From assembly GCA_040954595.2 (NCBI GenBank), contig CM082578.2, positions 10,795,166 through 10,859,165 on the forward strand: DNA of 64,000 bases, in the 5' to 3' direction. The notes under the pieces were generated by a model. It made no database searches. It saw nothing but the letters and a program-made list of their open reading frames with translations, and was not told the DNA's origin. The position numbers were made by a program, and so were the translations under genes. Position 1 is the stretch's first letter. Each line of letters starts with the position of its first letter. This stretch comes from Balanoglossus misakiensis (lineage: Eukaryota; Animalia; Hemichordata). Shown here in pieces: positions 24,801 through 36,560 of the stretch.

Positions 24801-27800
24801 TTCGACTTTGCGGAATTTCAAAATTTGGCCGATTTTTGAAAAAATCATGGGTTATAGCTCATGAAAATCGTCCAGAAATGACAATTTTTCGACTTTGCGG
24901 AATTTCAAAATTTGGCCGATTTTTGAAAAAATCATGGGTTATAGCTCATGAAAATCGTCCAGAAATGACAATTTTTCGACTTTGCGGAATTTCAAAATTT
25001 GGCCGATTTTTGAAAAAATCATGGGTTATAGCTCATGAAAATCGTCCAGAAATGACAATTTTTCGACTTTGCGGAATTTCAAAATTTGGCCGATTTTTGA
25101 AAAAATCATGGGTTATAGCTCATGAAAATCGTCCAGAAATGACAATTTTTCGACTTTGCGGAATTTCAAAATTTGGCCGATTTTTGAAAAAAATCTGGGT
25201 TATAGCTCATGAAAATCGTCCAGAAATGACAATTTTTCGACTTTGCGGAATTTCAAAATTTGGCCGATTTTTGAAAAAATCATGGGTTATAGCTCATGAA
25301 AATCGTCAAAAATTGACAATTTTTCGACTTTGCGGAATTTCAAAATTTGGCCGATTTTTGAAAAAATCATGGGTTATAGCTCATGAAAATCGTCAAAAAT
25401 TGACAATTTTTCGACTTTGCGGAATTTCAAAATTTGGCCGATTTTTGAAAAAATCATGGGTAATAGCTCATGAAAATCGTCCAGAAATGACAATTTTTCG
25501 ACTTTGCGGAATTTCAAAATTTGGCCGATTTTTGAAAAAATCATGGGTTATAGCTCATGAAAATCGTCCAGAAATGACAATTTTTCGACTTTGCGGAATT
25601 TCAAAATTTGGCCGATTTTTGAAAAAAATCATGGGTTATAGCTCATGAAAATCGTCCAGAAATGACAATTTTTCGACTTTGCGGAATTTCAAAATTTGGC
25701 CGATTTTTGAAAAAATCATGGGTTATAGCTCATGAAAATCGTCAAGAAATGACAATTTTTCGACTTTGCGGAATTTCAAAATTTGGCCGATTTTTGAAAA
25801 AATCATGGGTTATAGCTCATGAAAATCGTCAAAAATTGACAATTTTTCGACTTTGCGGAATTTCAAAATTTGGCCGATTTTTGAAAAAATCATGGGTAAT
25901 AGCTCATGAAAATCGTCCAGAAATGACAATTTTTCGACTTTGCGGAATTTCAAAATTTGGCCGATTTTTGAAAAAATCATGGGTTATAGCTCATGAAAAT
26001 CGTCCAGAAATGACAATTTTTCGACTTTGCGGAATTTCAAAATTTGGCCGATTTTTGAAAAAATCATGGGTTATAGCTCATGAAAATCGTCCAGAAATGA
26101 CAATTTTTCGACTTTGCGGAATTTCAAAATTTGGCCGATTTTTGAAAAAATCATGGGTTATAGCTCATGAAAATCGTCCAGAAATGACAATTTTTCGACT
26201 TTGCGGAATTTCAAAATTTGGCCGATTTTTGAAAAAATCATGGGTTATAGCTCATGAAAATCGTCCAGAAATGACAATTTTTCGACTTTGCGGAATTTCA
26301 AAATTTGGCCGATTTTTGAAAAAATCATGGGTTATAGCTCATGAAAATCGTCCAGAAATGACAATTTTTCGACTTTGCGGAATTTCAAAATTTGGCCGAT
26401 TTTTGAAAAAAATCATGGGTTATAGCTCATGAAAATCGTCCAGAAATGACAATTTTTCGACTTTGCGGAATTTCAAAATTTGGCCGATTTTTGAAAAAAT
26501 CATGGGTTATAGCTCATGAAAATCGTCAAAAATTGACAATTTTTCGACTTTGCGGAATTTCAAAATTTGGCCGATTTTTGAAAAAATCATGGGTTATAGC
26601 TCATGAAAATCGTCAAAAATTGACAATTTTTCGACTTTGCGGAATTTCAAAATTTGGCCGATTTTTGAAAAAATCATGGGTTATAGCTCATGAAAATCGT
26701 CAGAAATGACAATTTTTCGACTTTGCGGAATTTCAAAATTTGGCCGATTTTTGAAAAAATCATGGGTAATAGCTCATGAAAATCGTCCAGAAATGACAAT
26801 TTTTCGACTTTGCGGAATTTCAAAATTTGGCCGATTTTTGAAAAAATCATGGGTTATAGCTCATGAAAATCGTCCAGAAATGACAATTTTTCGACTTTGC
26901 GGAATTTCAAAATTTGGCCGATTTTTGAAAAAATCATGGGTTATAGCTCATGAAAATCGTCCAGAAATGACAATTTTTCGACTTTGCGGAATTTCAAAAT
27001 TTGGCCGATTTTTGAAAAAATCATGGGTAATAGCTCATGAAAATCGTCCAGAAATGACAATTTTTCGACTTTGCGGAATTTCAAAATTTGGCCGATTTTT
27101 GAAAAAATCATGGGTTATAGCTCATGAAAATCGTCCAGAAATGACAATTTTTCGACTTTGCGGAATTTCAAAATTTGGCCGATTTTTGAAAAAATCATGG
27201 GTTATAGCTCATGAAAATCGTCCAGAAATGACAATTTTTCGACTTTGCGGAATTTCAAAATTTGGCCGATTTTTGAAAAAATCATGGGTTATAGCTCATG
27301 AAAATCGTCCAGAAATGACAATTTTTCGACTTTGCGGAATTTCAAAATTTGGCCGATTTTTGAAAAAAATCATGGGTTATAGCTCATGAAAATCGTCCAG
27401 AAATGACAATTTTTCGACTTTGCGGAATTTCAAAATTTGGCCGATTTTTGAAAAAATCATGGGTTATAGCTCATGAAAATCGTCCAGAAATGACAATTTT
27501 TCGACTTTGCGGAATTTCAAAATTTGGCCGATTTTTGAAAAAATCATGGGTTATAGCTCATGAAAATCGTCCAGAAATGACAATTTTTCGACTTTGCGGA
27601 ATTTCAAAATTTGGCCGATTTTTGAAAAAATCATGGGTTATAGCTCATGAAAATCGTCAGAAATGACAATTTTTCGACTTTGCGGAATTTCAAAATTTGG
27701 CCGATTTTTGAAAAAATCATGGGTAATAGCTCATGAAAATCGTCCAGAAATGACAATTTTTCGACTTTGCGGAATTTCAAAATTTGGCCGATTTTTGAAA

Positions 27801-30800
27801 AAATCATGGGTTATAGCTCATGAAAATCGTCCAGAAATGACAATTTTTCGACTTTGCGGAATTTCAAAATTTGGCCGATTTTTGAAAAAATCATGGGTTA
27901 TAGCTCATGAAAATCGTCCAGAAATGACAATTTTTCGACTTTGCGGAATTTCAAAATTTGGCCGATTTTTGAAAAAATCATGGGTTATAGCTCATGAAAA
28001 TCGTCCAGAAATGACAATTTTTCGACTTTGCGGAATTTCAAAATTTGGCCGATTTTTGATAAAATCATGGGTAATAGCTCATGAAAATCGTCCAGAAATG
28101 ACAATTTTTCGACTTTGCGGAATTTCAAAATTTGGCCGATTTTTGAAAAAATCATGGGTAATAGCTCATGAAAATCGTCCAGAAATGACAATTTTTCGAC
28201 TTTGCGGAATTTCAAAATTTGGCCGATTTTTGAAAAAATCATGGGTTATAGCTCATGAAAATCGTCCAGAAATGACAATTTTTCGACTTTGCGGAATTTC
28301 AAAATTTGGCCGATTTTTGAAAAAATCATGGGTTATAGCTCATGAAAATCGTCCAGAAATGACAATTTTTCGACTTTGCGGAATTTCAAAATTTGGCCGA
28401 TTTTTGAAAAAATCATGGGTTATAGCTCATGAAAATCGTCCAGAAATGACAATTTTTCGACTTTGCGGAATTTCAAAATTTGGCCGATTTTTGAAAAAAT
28501 CATGGGTTATAGCTCATGAAAATCGTCCAGAAATGACAATTTTTCGACTTTGCGGAATTTCAAAATTTGGCCGATTTTTGAAAAAATCATGGGTTATAGC
28601 TCATGAAAATCGTCCAGAAATGACAATTTTTCGACTTTGCGGAATTTCAAAATTTGGCCGATTTTTGATAAAATCATGGGTAATAGCTCATGAAAATCGT
28701 CCAGAAATGACAATTTTTCGACTTTGCGGAATTTCAAAATTTGGCCGATTTTTGAAAAAATCATGGGTAATAGCTCATGAAAATCGTCCAGAAATGACAA
28801 TTTTTCGACTTTGCGGAATTTCAAAATTTGGCCGATTTTTGAAAAAATCATGGGTTATAGCTCATGAAAATCGTCCAGAAATGACAATTTTTCGACTTTG
28901 CGGAATTTCAAAATTTGGCCGATTTTTGAAAAAATCATGGGTTATAGCTCATGAAAATCGTCCAGAAATGACAATTTTTCGACTTTGCGGAATTTCAAAA
29001 TTTGGCCGATTTTTGAAAAAATCATGGGTTATAGCTCATGAAAATCGTCCAGAAATGACAATTTTTCGACTTTGCGGAATTTCAAAATTTGGCCGATTTT
29101 GAAAAAAATCATGGGTTATAGCTCATGAAAATCGTCCAGAAATGACAATTTTTCGACTTTGCGGAATTTCAAAATTTGGCCGATTTTTGAAAAAATCATG
29201 GGTTATAGCTCATGAAAATCGTCCAGAAATGACAATTTTTCGACTTTGCGGAATTTCAAAATTTGGCCGATTTTTGAAAAAATCATGGGTTATAGCTCAT
29301 GAAAATCGTCCAGAAATGACAATTTTTCGACTTTGCGGAATTTCAAAATTTGGCCGATTTTTGAAAAAATCATGGGTTATAGCTCATGAAAATCGTCCAG
29401 AAATGACAATTTTTCGACTTTGCGGAATTTCAAAATTTGGCCGATTTTTGAAAAAATCATGGGTTATAGCTCATGAAAATCGTCCAGAAATGACAATTTT
29501 TCGACTTTGCGGAATTTCAAAATTTGGCCGATTTTTGAAAAAATCATGGGTTATAGCTCATGAAAATCGTCCAGAAATGACAATTTTTCGACTTTGCGGA
29601 ATTTCAAAATTTGGCCGATTTTTGAAAAAATCATGGGTTATAGCTCATGAAAATCGTCCAGAAATGACAATTTTTCGACTTTGCGGAATTTCAAAATTTG
29701 GCCGATTTTTGAAAAAAATCTGGGTTATAGCTCATGAAAATCGTCCAGAAATGACAATTTTTCGACTTTGCGGAATTTCAAAATTTGGCCGATTTTTGAA
29801 AAAATCATGGGTTATAGCTCATGAAAATCGTCAAGAAATGACAATTTTTCGACTTTGCGGAATTTCAAAATTTGGCCGATTTTTGAAAAAATCATGGGTT
29901 ATAGCTCATGAAAATCGTCCAGAAATGACAATTTTTCGACTTTGCGGAATTTCAAAATTTGGCCGATTTTTGAAAAAATCATGGGTAATAGCTCATGAAA
30001 ATCGTCCAGAAATGACAATTTTTCGACTTTGCGGAATTTCAAAATTTGGCCGATTTTTGAAAAAATCATGGGTTATAGCTCATGAAAATCGTCCAGAAAT
30101 GACAATTTTTCGACTTTGCGGAATTTCAAAATTTGGCCGATTTTTGAAAAAATCATGGGTAATAGCTCATGAAAATCGTCCAGAAATGACAATTTTTCGA
30201 CTTTGCGGAATTTCAAAATTTGGCCGATTTTTGAAAAAATCATGGGTTATAGCTCATGAAAATCGTCCAGAAATGACAATTTTTCGACTTTGCGGAATTT
30301 CAAAATTTGGCCGATTTTTGAAAAAATCATGGGTTATAGCTCATGAAAATCGTCCAGAAATGACAATTTTTCGACTTTGCGGAATTTCAAAATTTGGCCG
30401 ATTTTTGAAAAAATCATGGGTTATAGCTCATGAAAATCGTCCAGAAATGACAATTTTTCGACTTTGCGGAATTTCAAAATTTGGCCGATTTTTGAAAAAA
30501 TCATGGGTTATAGCTCATGAAAATCGTCCAGAAATGACAATTTTTCGACTTTGCGGAATTTCAAAATTTGGCCGATTTTTGAAAAAATCATGGGTTATAG
30601 CTCATGAAAATCGTCCAGAAATGACAATTTTTCGACTTTGCGGAATTTCAAAATTTGGCCGATTTTTGATAAAATCATGGGTAATAGCTCATGAAAATCG
30701 TCCAGAAATGACAATTTTTCGACTTTGCGGAATTTCAAAATTTGGCCGATTTTTGAAAAAATCATGGGTAATAGCTCATGAAAATCGTCCAGAAATGACA

Positions 30801-33800
30801 ATTTTTCGACTTTGCGGAATTTCAAAATTTGGCCGATTTTTGAAAAAATCATGGGTTATAGCTCATGAAAATCGTCCAGAAATGACAATTTTTCGACTTT
30901 GCGGAATTTCAAAATTTGGCCGATTTTTGAAAAAATCATGGGTTATAGCTCATGAAAATCGTCCAGAAATGACAATTTTTCGACTTTGCGGAATTTCAAA
31001 ATTTGGCCGATTTTTGAAAAAATCATGGGTTATAGCTCATGAAAATCGTCCAGAAATGACAATTTTTCGACTTTGCGGAATTTCAAAATTTGGCCGATTT
31101 TTGAAAAAATCATGGGTTATAGCTCATGAAAATCGTCCAGAAATGACAATTTTTCGACTTTGCGGAATTTCAAAATTTGGCCGATTTTTGAAAAAATCAT
31201 GGGTTATAGCTCATGAAAATCGTCCAGAAATGACAATTTTTCGACTTTGCGGAATTTCAAAATTTGGCCGATTTTTGAAAAAAATCATGGGTTATAGCTC
31301 ATGAAAATCGTCCAGAAATGACAATTTTTCGACTTTGCGGAATTTCAAAATTTGGCCGATTTTTGAAAAAATCATGGGTTATAGCTCATGAAAATCGTCC
31401 AGAAATGACAATTTTTCGACTTTGCGGAATTTCAAAATTTGGCCGATTTTTGAAAAAATCATGGGTTATAGCTCATGAAAATCGTCCAGAAATGACAATT
31501 TTTCGACTTTGCGGAATTTCAAAATTTGGCCGATTTTTGAAAAAATCATGGGTTATAGCTCATGAAAATCGTCCAGAAATGACAATTTTTCGACTTTGCG
31601 GAATTTCAAAATTTGGCCGATTTTTGAAAAAATCATGGGTTATAGCTCATGAAAATCGTCCAGAAATGACAATTTTTCGACTTTGCGGAATTTCAAAATT
31701 TGGCCGATTTTTGAAAAAAATCTGGGTTATAGCTCATGAAAATCGTCCAGAAATGACAATTTTTCGACTTTGCGGAATTTCAAAATTTGGCCGATTTTTG
31801 AAAAAATCATGGGTTATAGCTCATGAAAATCGTCAAAAATTGACAATTTTTCGACTTTGCGGAATTTCAAAATTTGGCCGATTTTTGAAAAAATCATGGA
31901 TTATAGCTCATGAAAATCGTCAAAAATTGACAATTTTTCGACTTTGCGGAATTTCAAAATTTGGCCGATTTTTGAAAAAATCATGGGTAATAGCTCATGA
32001 AAATCGTCCAGAAATGACAATTTTTCGACTTTGCGGAATTTCAAAATTTGGCCGATTTTTGAAAAAATCATGGGTTATAGCTCATGAAAATCGTCCAGAA
32101 ATGACAATTTTTCGACTTTGCGGAATTTCAAAATTTGGCCGATTTTTGAAAAAAATCATGGGTTATAGCTCATGAAAATCGTCCAGAAATGACAATTTTT
32201 CGACTTTGCGGAATTTCAAAATTTGGCCGATTTTTGAAAAAATCATGGGTTATAGCTCATGAAAATCGTCAAGAAATGACAATTTTTCGACTTTGCGGAA
32301 TTTCAAACTTTGGCCGATTTTTGAAAAAATCATGGGTTATAGCTCATGAAAATCGTCAAAAATTGACAATTTTTCGACTTTGCGGAATTTCAAAATTTGG
32401 CCGATTTTTGAAAAAATCATGGGTAATAGCTCATGAAAATCGTCCAGAAATGACAATTTTTCGACTTTGCGGAATTTCAAAATTTGGCCGATTTTTGAAA
32501 AAATCATGGGTTATAGCTCATGAAAATCGTCCAGAAATGACAATTTTTCGACTTTGCGGAATTTCAAAATTTGGCCGATTTTTGAAAAAATCATGGGTTA
32601 TAGCTCATGAAAATCGTCCAGAAATGACAATTTTTCGACTTTGCGGAATTTCAAAATTTGGCCGATTTTTGAAAAAATCATGGGTTATAGCTCATGAAAA
32701 TCGTCCAGAAATGACAATTTTTCGACTTTGCGGAATTTCAAAATTTGGCCGATTTTTGAAAAAATCATGGGTTATAGCTCATGAAAATCGTCCAGAAATG
32801 ACAATTTTTCGACTTTGCGGAATTTCAAAATTTGGCCGATTTTTGAAAAAATCATGGGTTATAGCTCATGAAAATCGTCCAGAAATGACAATTTTTCGAC
32901 TTTGCGGAATTTCAAAATTTGGCCGATTTTTGAAAAAAATCTGGGTTATAGCTCATGAAAATCGTCCAGAAATGACAATTTTTCGACTTTGCGGAATTTC
33001 AAAATTTGGCCGATTTTTGAAAAAATCATGGGTTATAGCTCATGAAAATCGTCAAAAATTGACAATTTTTCGACTTTGCGGAATTTCAAAATTTGGCCGA
33101 TTTTTGAAAAAATCATGGGTTATAGCTCATGAAAATCGTCAAAAATTGACAATTTTTCGACTTTGCGGAATTTCAAAATTTGGCCGATTTTTGAAAAAAT
33201 CATGGGTTATAGCTCATGAAAATCGTCCAGAAATGACAATTTTTCGACTTTGCGGAATTTCAAAATTTGGCCGATTTTTGATAAAATCATGGGTAATAGC
33301 TCATGAAAATCGTCCAGAAATGACAATTTTTCGACTTTGCGGAATTTCAAAATTTGGCCGATTTTTGAAAAAATCATGGGTAATAGCTCATGAAAATCGT
33401 CCAGAAATGACAATTTTTCGACTTTGCGGAATTTCAAAATTTGGCCGATTTTTGAAAAAATCATGGGTTATAGCTCATGAAAATCGTCCAGAAATGACAA
33501 TTTTTCGACTTTGCGGAATTTCAAAATTTGGCCGATTTTTGAAAAAATCATGGGTTATAGCTCATGAAAATCGTCCAGAAATGACAATTTTTCGACTTTG
33601 CGGAATTTCAAAATTTGGCCGATTTTTGAAAAAAATCATGGGTTATAGCTCATGAAAATCGTCCAGAAATGACAATTTTTCGACTTTGCGGAATTTCAAA
33701 ATTTGGCCGTTTTGAAAAAATCATGGGTTATAGCTCATGAAAATCGTCCAGAAATGACAATTTTTCGACTTTGCGGAATTTCAAAATTTGGCCGATTTTT

Positions 33801-35740
33801 GAAAAAATCATGGGTTATAGCTCATGAAAATCGTCAAAAATTGACAATTTTTCGACTTTGCGGAATTTCAAAATTTGGCCGATTTTTGAAAAAATCATGG
33901 GTAATAGCTCATGAAAATCGTCCAGAAATGAGAATTTTTCGACTTTGCGGAATTTCAAAATTTGGCCGATTTTTGAAAAAATCATGGGTTATAGCTCATG
34001 AAAATCGTCCAGAAATGACAATTTTTCGACTTTGCGGAATTTCAAAATTTGGCCGATTTTTGAAAAAATCATGGGTTATAGCTCATGAAAATCGTCCAGA
34101 AATGACAATTTTTCGACTTAGCGGAATTTCAAAATTTGGCCGATTTTTGAAAAAATCATGGGTTATAGCTCATGAAAATCGTCCAGAAATGACAATTTTT
34201 CGACTTTGCGGAATTTCAAAATTTGGCCGATTTTTGAAAAAATCATGGGTTATAGCTCATGAAAATCGTCCAGAAATGACAATTTTTCGACTTTGCGGAA
34301 TTTCAAAATTTGGCCGATTTTTGAAAAAATCATGGGTTATAGCTCATGAAAATCGTCCAGAAATGACAATTTTTCGACTTTGCGGAATTTCAAAATTTGG
34401 CCGATTTTTGAAAAAAATCTGGGTTATAGCTCATGAAAATCGTCCAGAAATGACAATTTTTCGACTTTGCGGAATTTCAAAATTTGGCCGATTTTTGAAA
34501 AAATCATGGGTTATAGCTCATGAAAATCGTCAAAAATTGACAATTTTTCGACTTTGCGGAATTTCAAAATTTGGCCGATTTTTGAAAAAATCATGGGTTA
34601 TAGCTCATGAAAATCGTCAAAAATTGACAATTTTTCGACTTTGCGGAATTTCAAAATTTGGCCGATTTTTGAAAAAATCATGGGTAATAGCTCATGAAAA
34701 TCGTCCAGAAATGACAATTTTTCGACTTTGCGGAATTTCAAAATTTGGCCGATTTTTGAAAAAATCATGGGTTATAGCTCATGAAAATCGTCCAGAAATG
34801 ACAATTTTTCGACTTTGCGGAATTTCAAAATTTGGCCGATTTTTGAAAAAATCATGGGTTATAGCTCATGAAAATCGTCAAAAATTGACAATTTTTCGAC
34901 TTTGCGGAATTTCAAAATTTGGCCGATTTTTGAAAAAATCATGGGTTATAGCTCATGAAAATCGTCAAAAATTGACAATTTTTCGACTTTGCGGAATTTC
35001 AAAATTTGGCCGATTTTTGAAAAAATCATGGGTAATAGCTCATGAAAATCGTCCAGAAATGACAATTTTTCGACTTTGCGGAATTTCAAAATTTGGCCGA
35101 TTTTTGAAAAAATCATGGGTTATAGCTCATGAAAATCGTCCAGAAATGACAATTTTTCGACTTTGCGGAATTTCAAAATTTGGCCGATTTTTGAAAAAAT
35201 CATGGGTTATAGCTCATGAAAATCGTCCAGAAATGACAATTTTTCGACTTTGCGGAATTTCAAAATTTGGCCGATTTTTGAAAAAATCATGGGTTATAGC
35301 TCATGAAAATCGTCAAAAATTGACAATTTTTCGACTTTGCGGAATTTCAAAATTTGGCCGATTTTTGAAAAAATCATGGGTTATAGCTCATGAAAATCGT
35401 CCAGAAATGACAATTTTTCGACTTTGCGGAATTTCAAAATTTGGCCGATTTTTGAAAAAATCATGGGTTATAGCTCATGAAAATCGTCCAGAAATGAAAA
35501 TTTTTCGACTTTGCGGAATTTCAAAATTTGGCCGATTTTTGAAAAAAATCATGGGTTATAGCTCATGAAAATCATCAAAAAATGACAATTTTTCGACTTT
35601 GCGAAATCTCAAAATTTCGTCGATTTTTGAAAAAAATCATGGGTTTCGGTCATGAAAATCATCAAAAAATGACAATTTTTCGACTTTGCGAAATCTCAAA
35701 ATTTCGTCGATTTTTGTAAAAAAAATCTTGGGTTATAGCT
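9881..35740. repeat. 87-bp satellite DNA array, ~297 monomers, with higher-order repeats
   Basis: Consensus ATGACAATTTTTCGACTTTGCGGAATTTCAAAATTTGGCCGATTTTTGAAAAAATCATGGGTTATAGCTCATGAAAATCGTCCAGAA, repeated head-to-tail with very few variants. Diverged monomers at the edges. Confidence 0.99.
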
Positions 35741-36560
35741 AATGTTGTGAATTCCTGGTTGTGGTCTGAGCTCGAGGCGAAACTCACCACAAAAAAGTAT
35801 TTTCACTAGAAAAACTGTAACACATGACATTTGTCTGCCCAGTGAGTTTCAGTCCGTTTGCCCACTATAGCGTATTTCTGACATCTTATCATTTCCACAT
35901 TTGTGACGCAACTAAAACCTCACTCTGGGCCACTGGGTTAGACTCGATGATGAGGGACAGTGGAAAACGTTCTTCTTGAATAACAACATAACGAATATTT
36001 ACTGTCTAAGTTTCAGTTCTAAAATGTCGCCAACCCTCTCGGACAAGTCTACCCCTCCCATCAATAACGTGAGGCTCCCTGTCTGATGATTTGCTCACGC
36101 ACCGTGACTCATCGAATGTGTCGATTGTTACTTCTGTCAACTTGAAGGAAACAAGTCTATGCTTTGTTACGTCACTCCTGGTTTCCAGTAAAAACAAGAC
36201 ACTGGCTTCGATTCTTTATTCCATTGGCCCTGAAGGATTGATCGATTGAAAACAGTAACACAGGATTGAGTAAACCAGACAGTTGTTCTGCAGAACCGGG
36301 TTTATTTATTAAGTTACTAAAGATTGTACAAAAATATGCCAAAGGCAGTTGCTATTCGGAAATTTGCATTCCTTGAACAACAAAACAGACCGCCAAACTA
36401 ACAAAGACTCACAGCCATGTAACTTTTGGCTAGGATTGTCTTGAATATCTAAGAAAATCAACACAGAAAGAAAGAAAGAAAAGTGACGAGCTCACAATGT
36501 TACTTTTGGTGGAATTCTCAAAAATAATCAATTTCAAGAGTTCTAGGTATCTGCCCTCGT

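Noticed and set aside
27985-33464. Four identical 85-aa minus-strand ORFs
   Set aside because: They arise where the GGGTAATAG satellite variant removes a stop codon in two adjacent monomers.
9903-35568. Long repetitive ORFs (up to 1105 aa) as protein-coding genes
   Set aside because: They are translations of an 87-bp satellite whose length is a multiple of 3. Frameshifts and stops recur, and there is no gene structure.
9881-35740. CRISPR array
   Set aside because: Monomers are contiguous and near-identical with no unique spacers; no cas genes; eukaryotic context.
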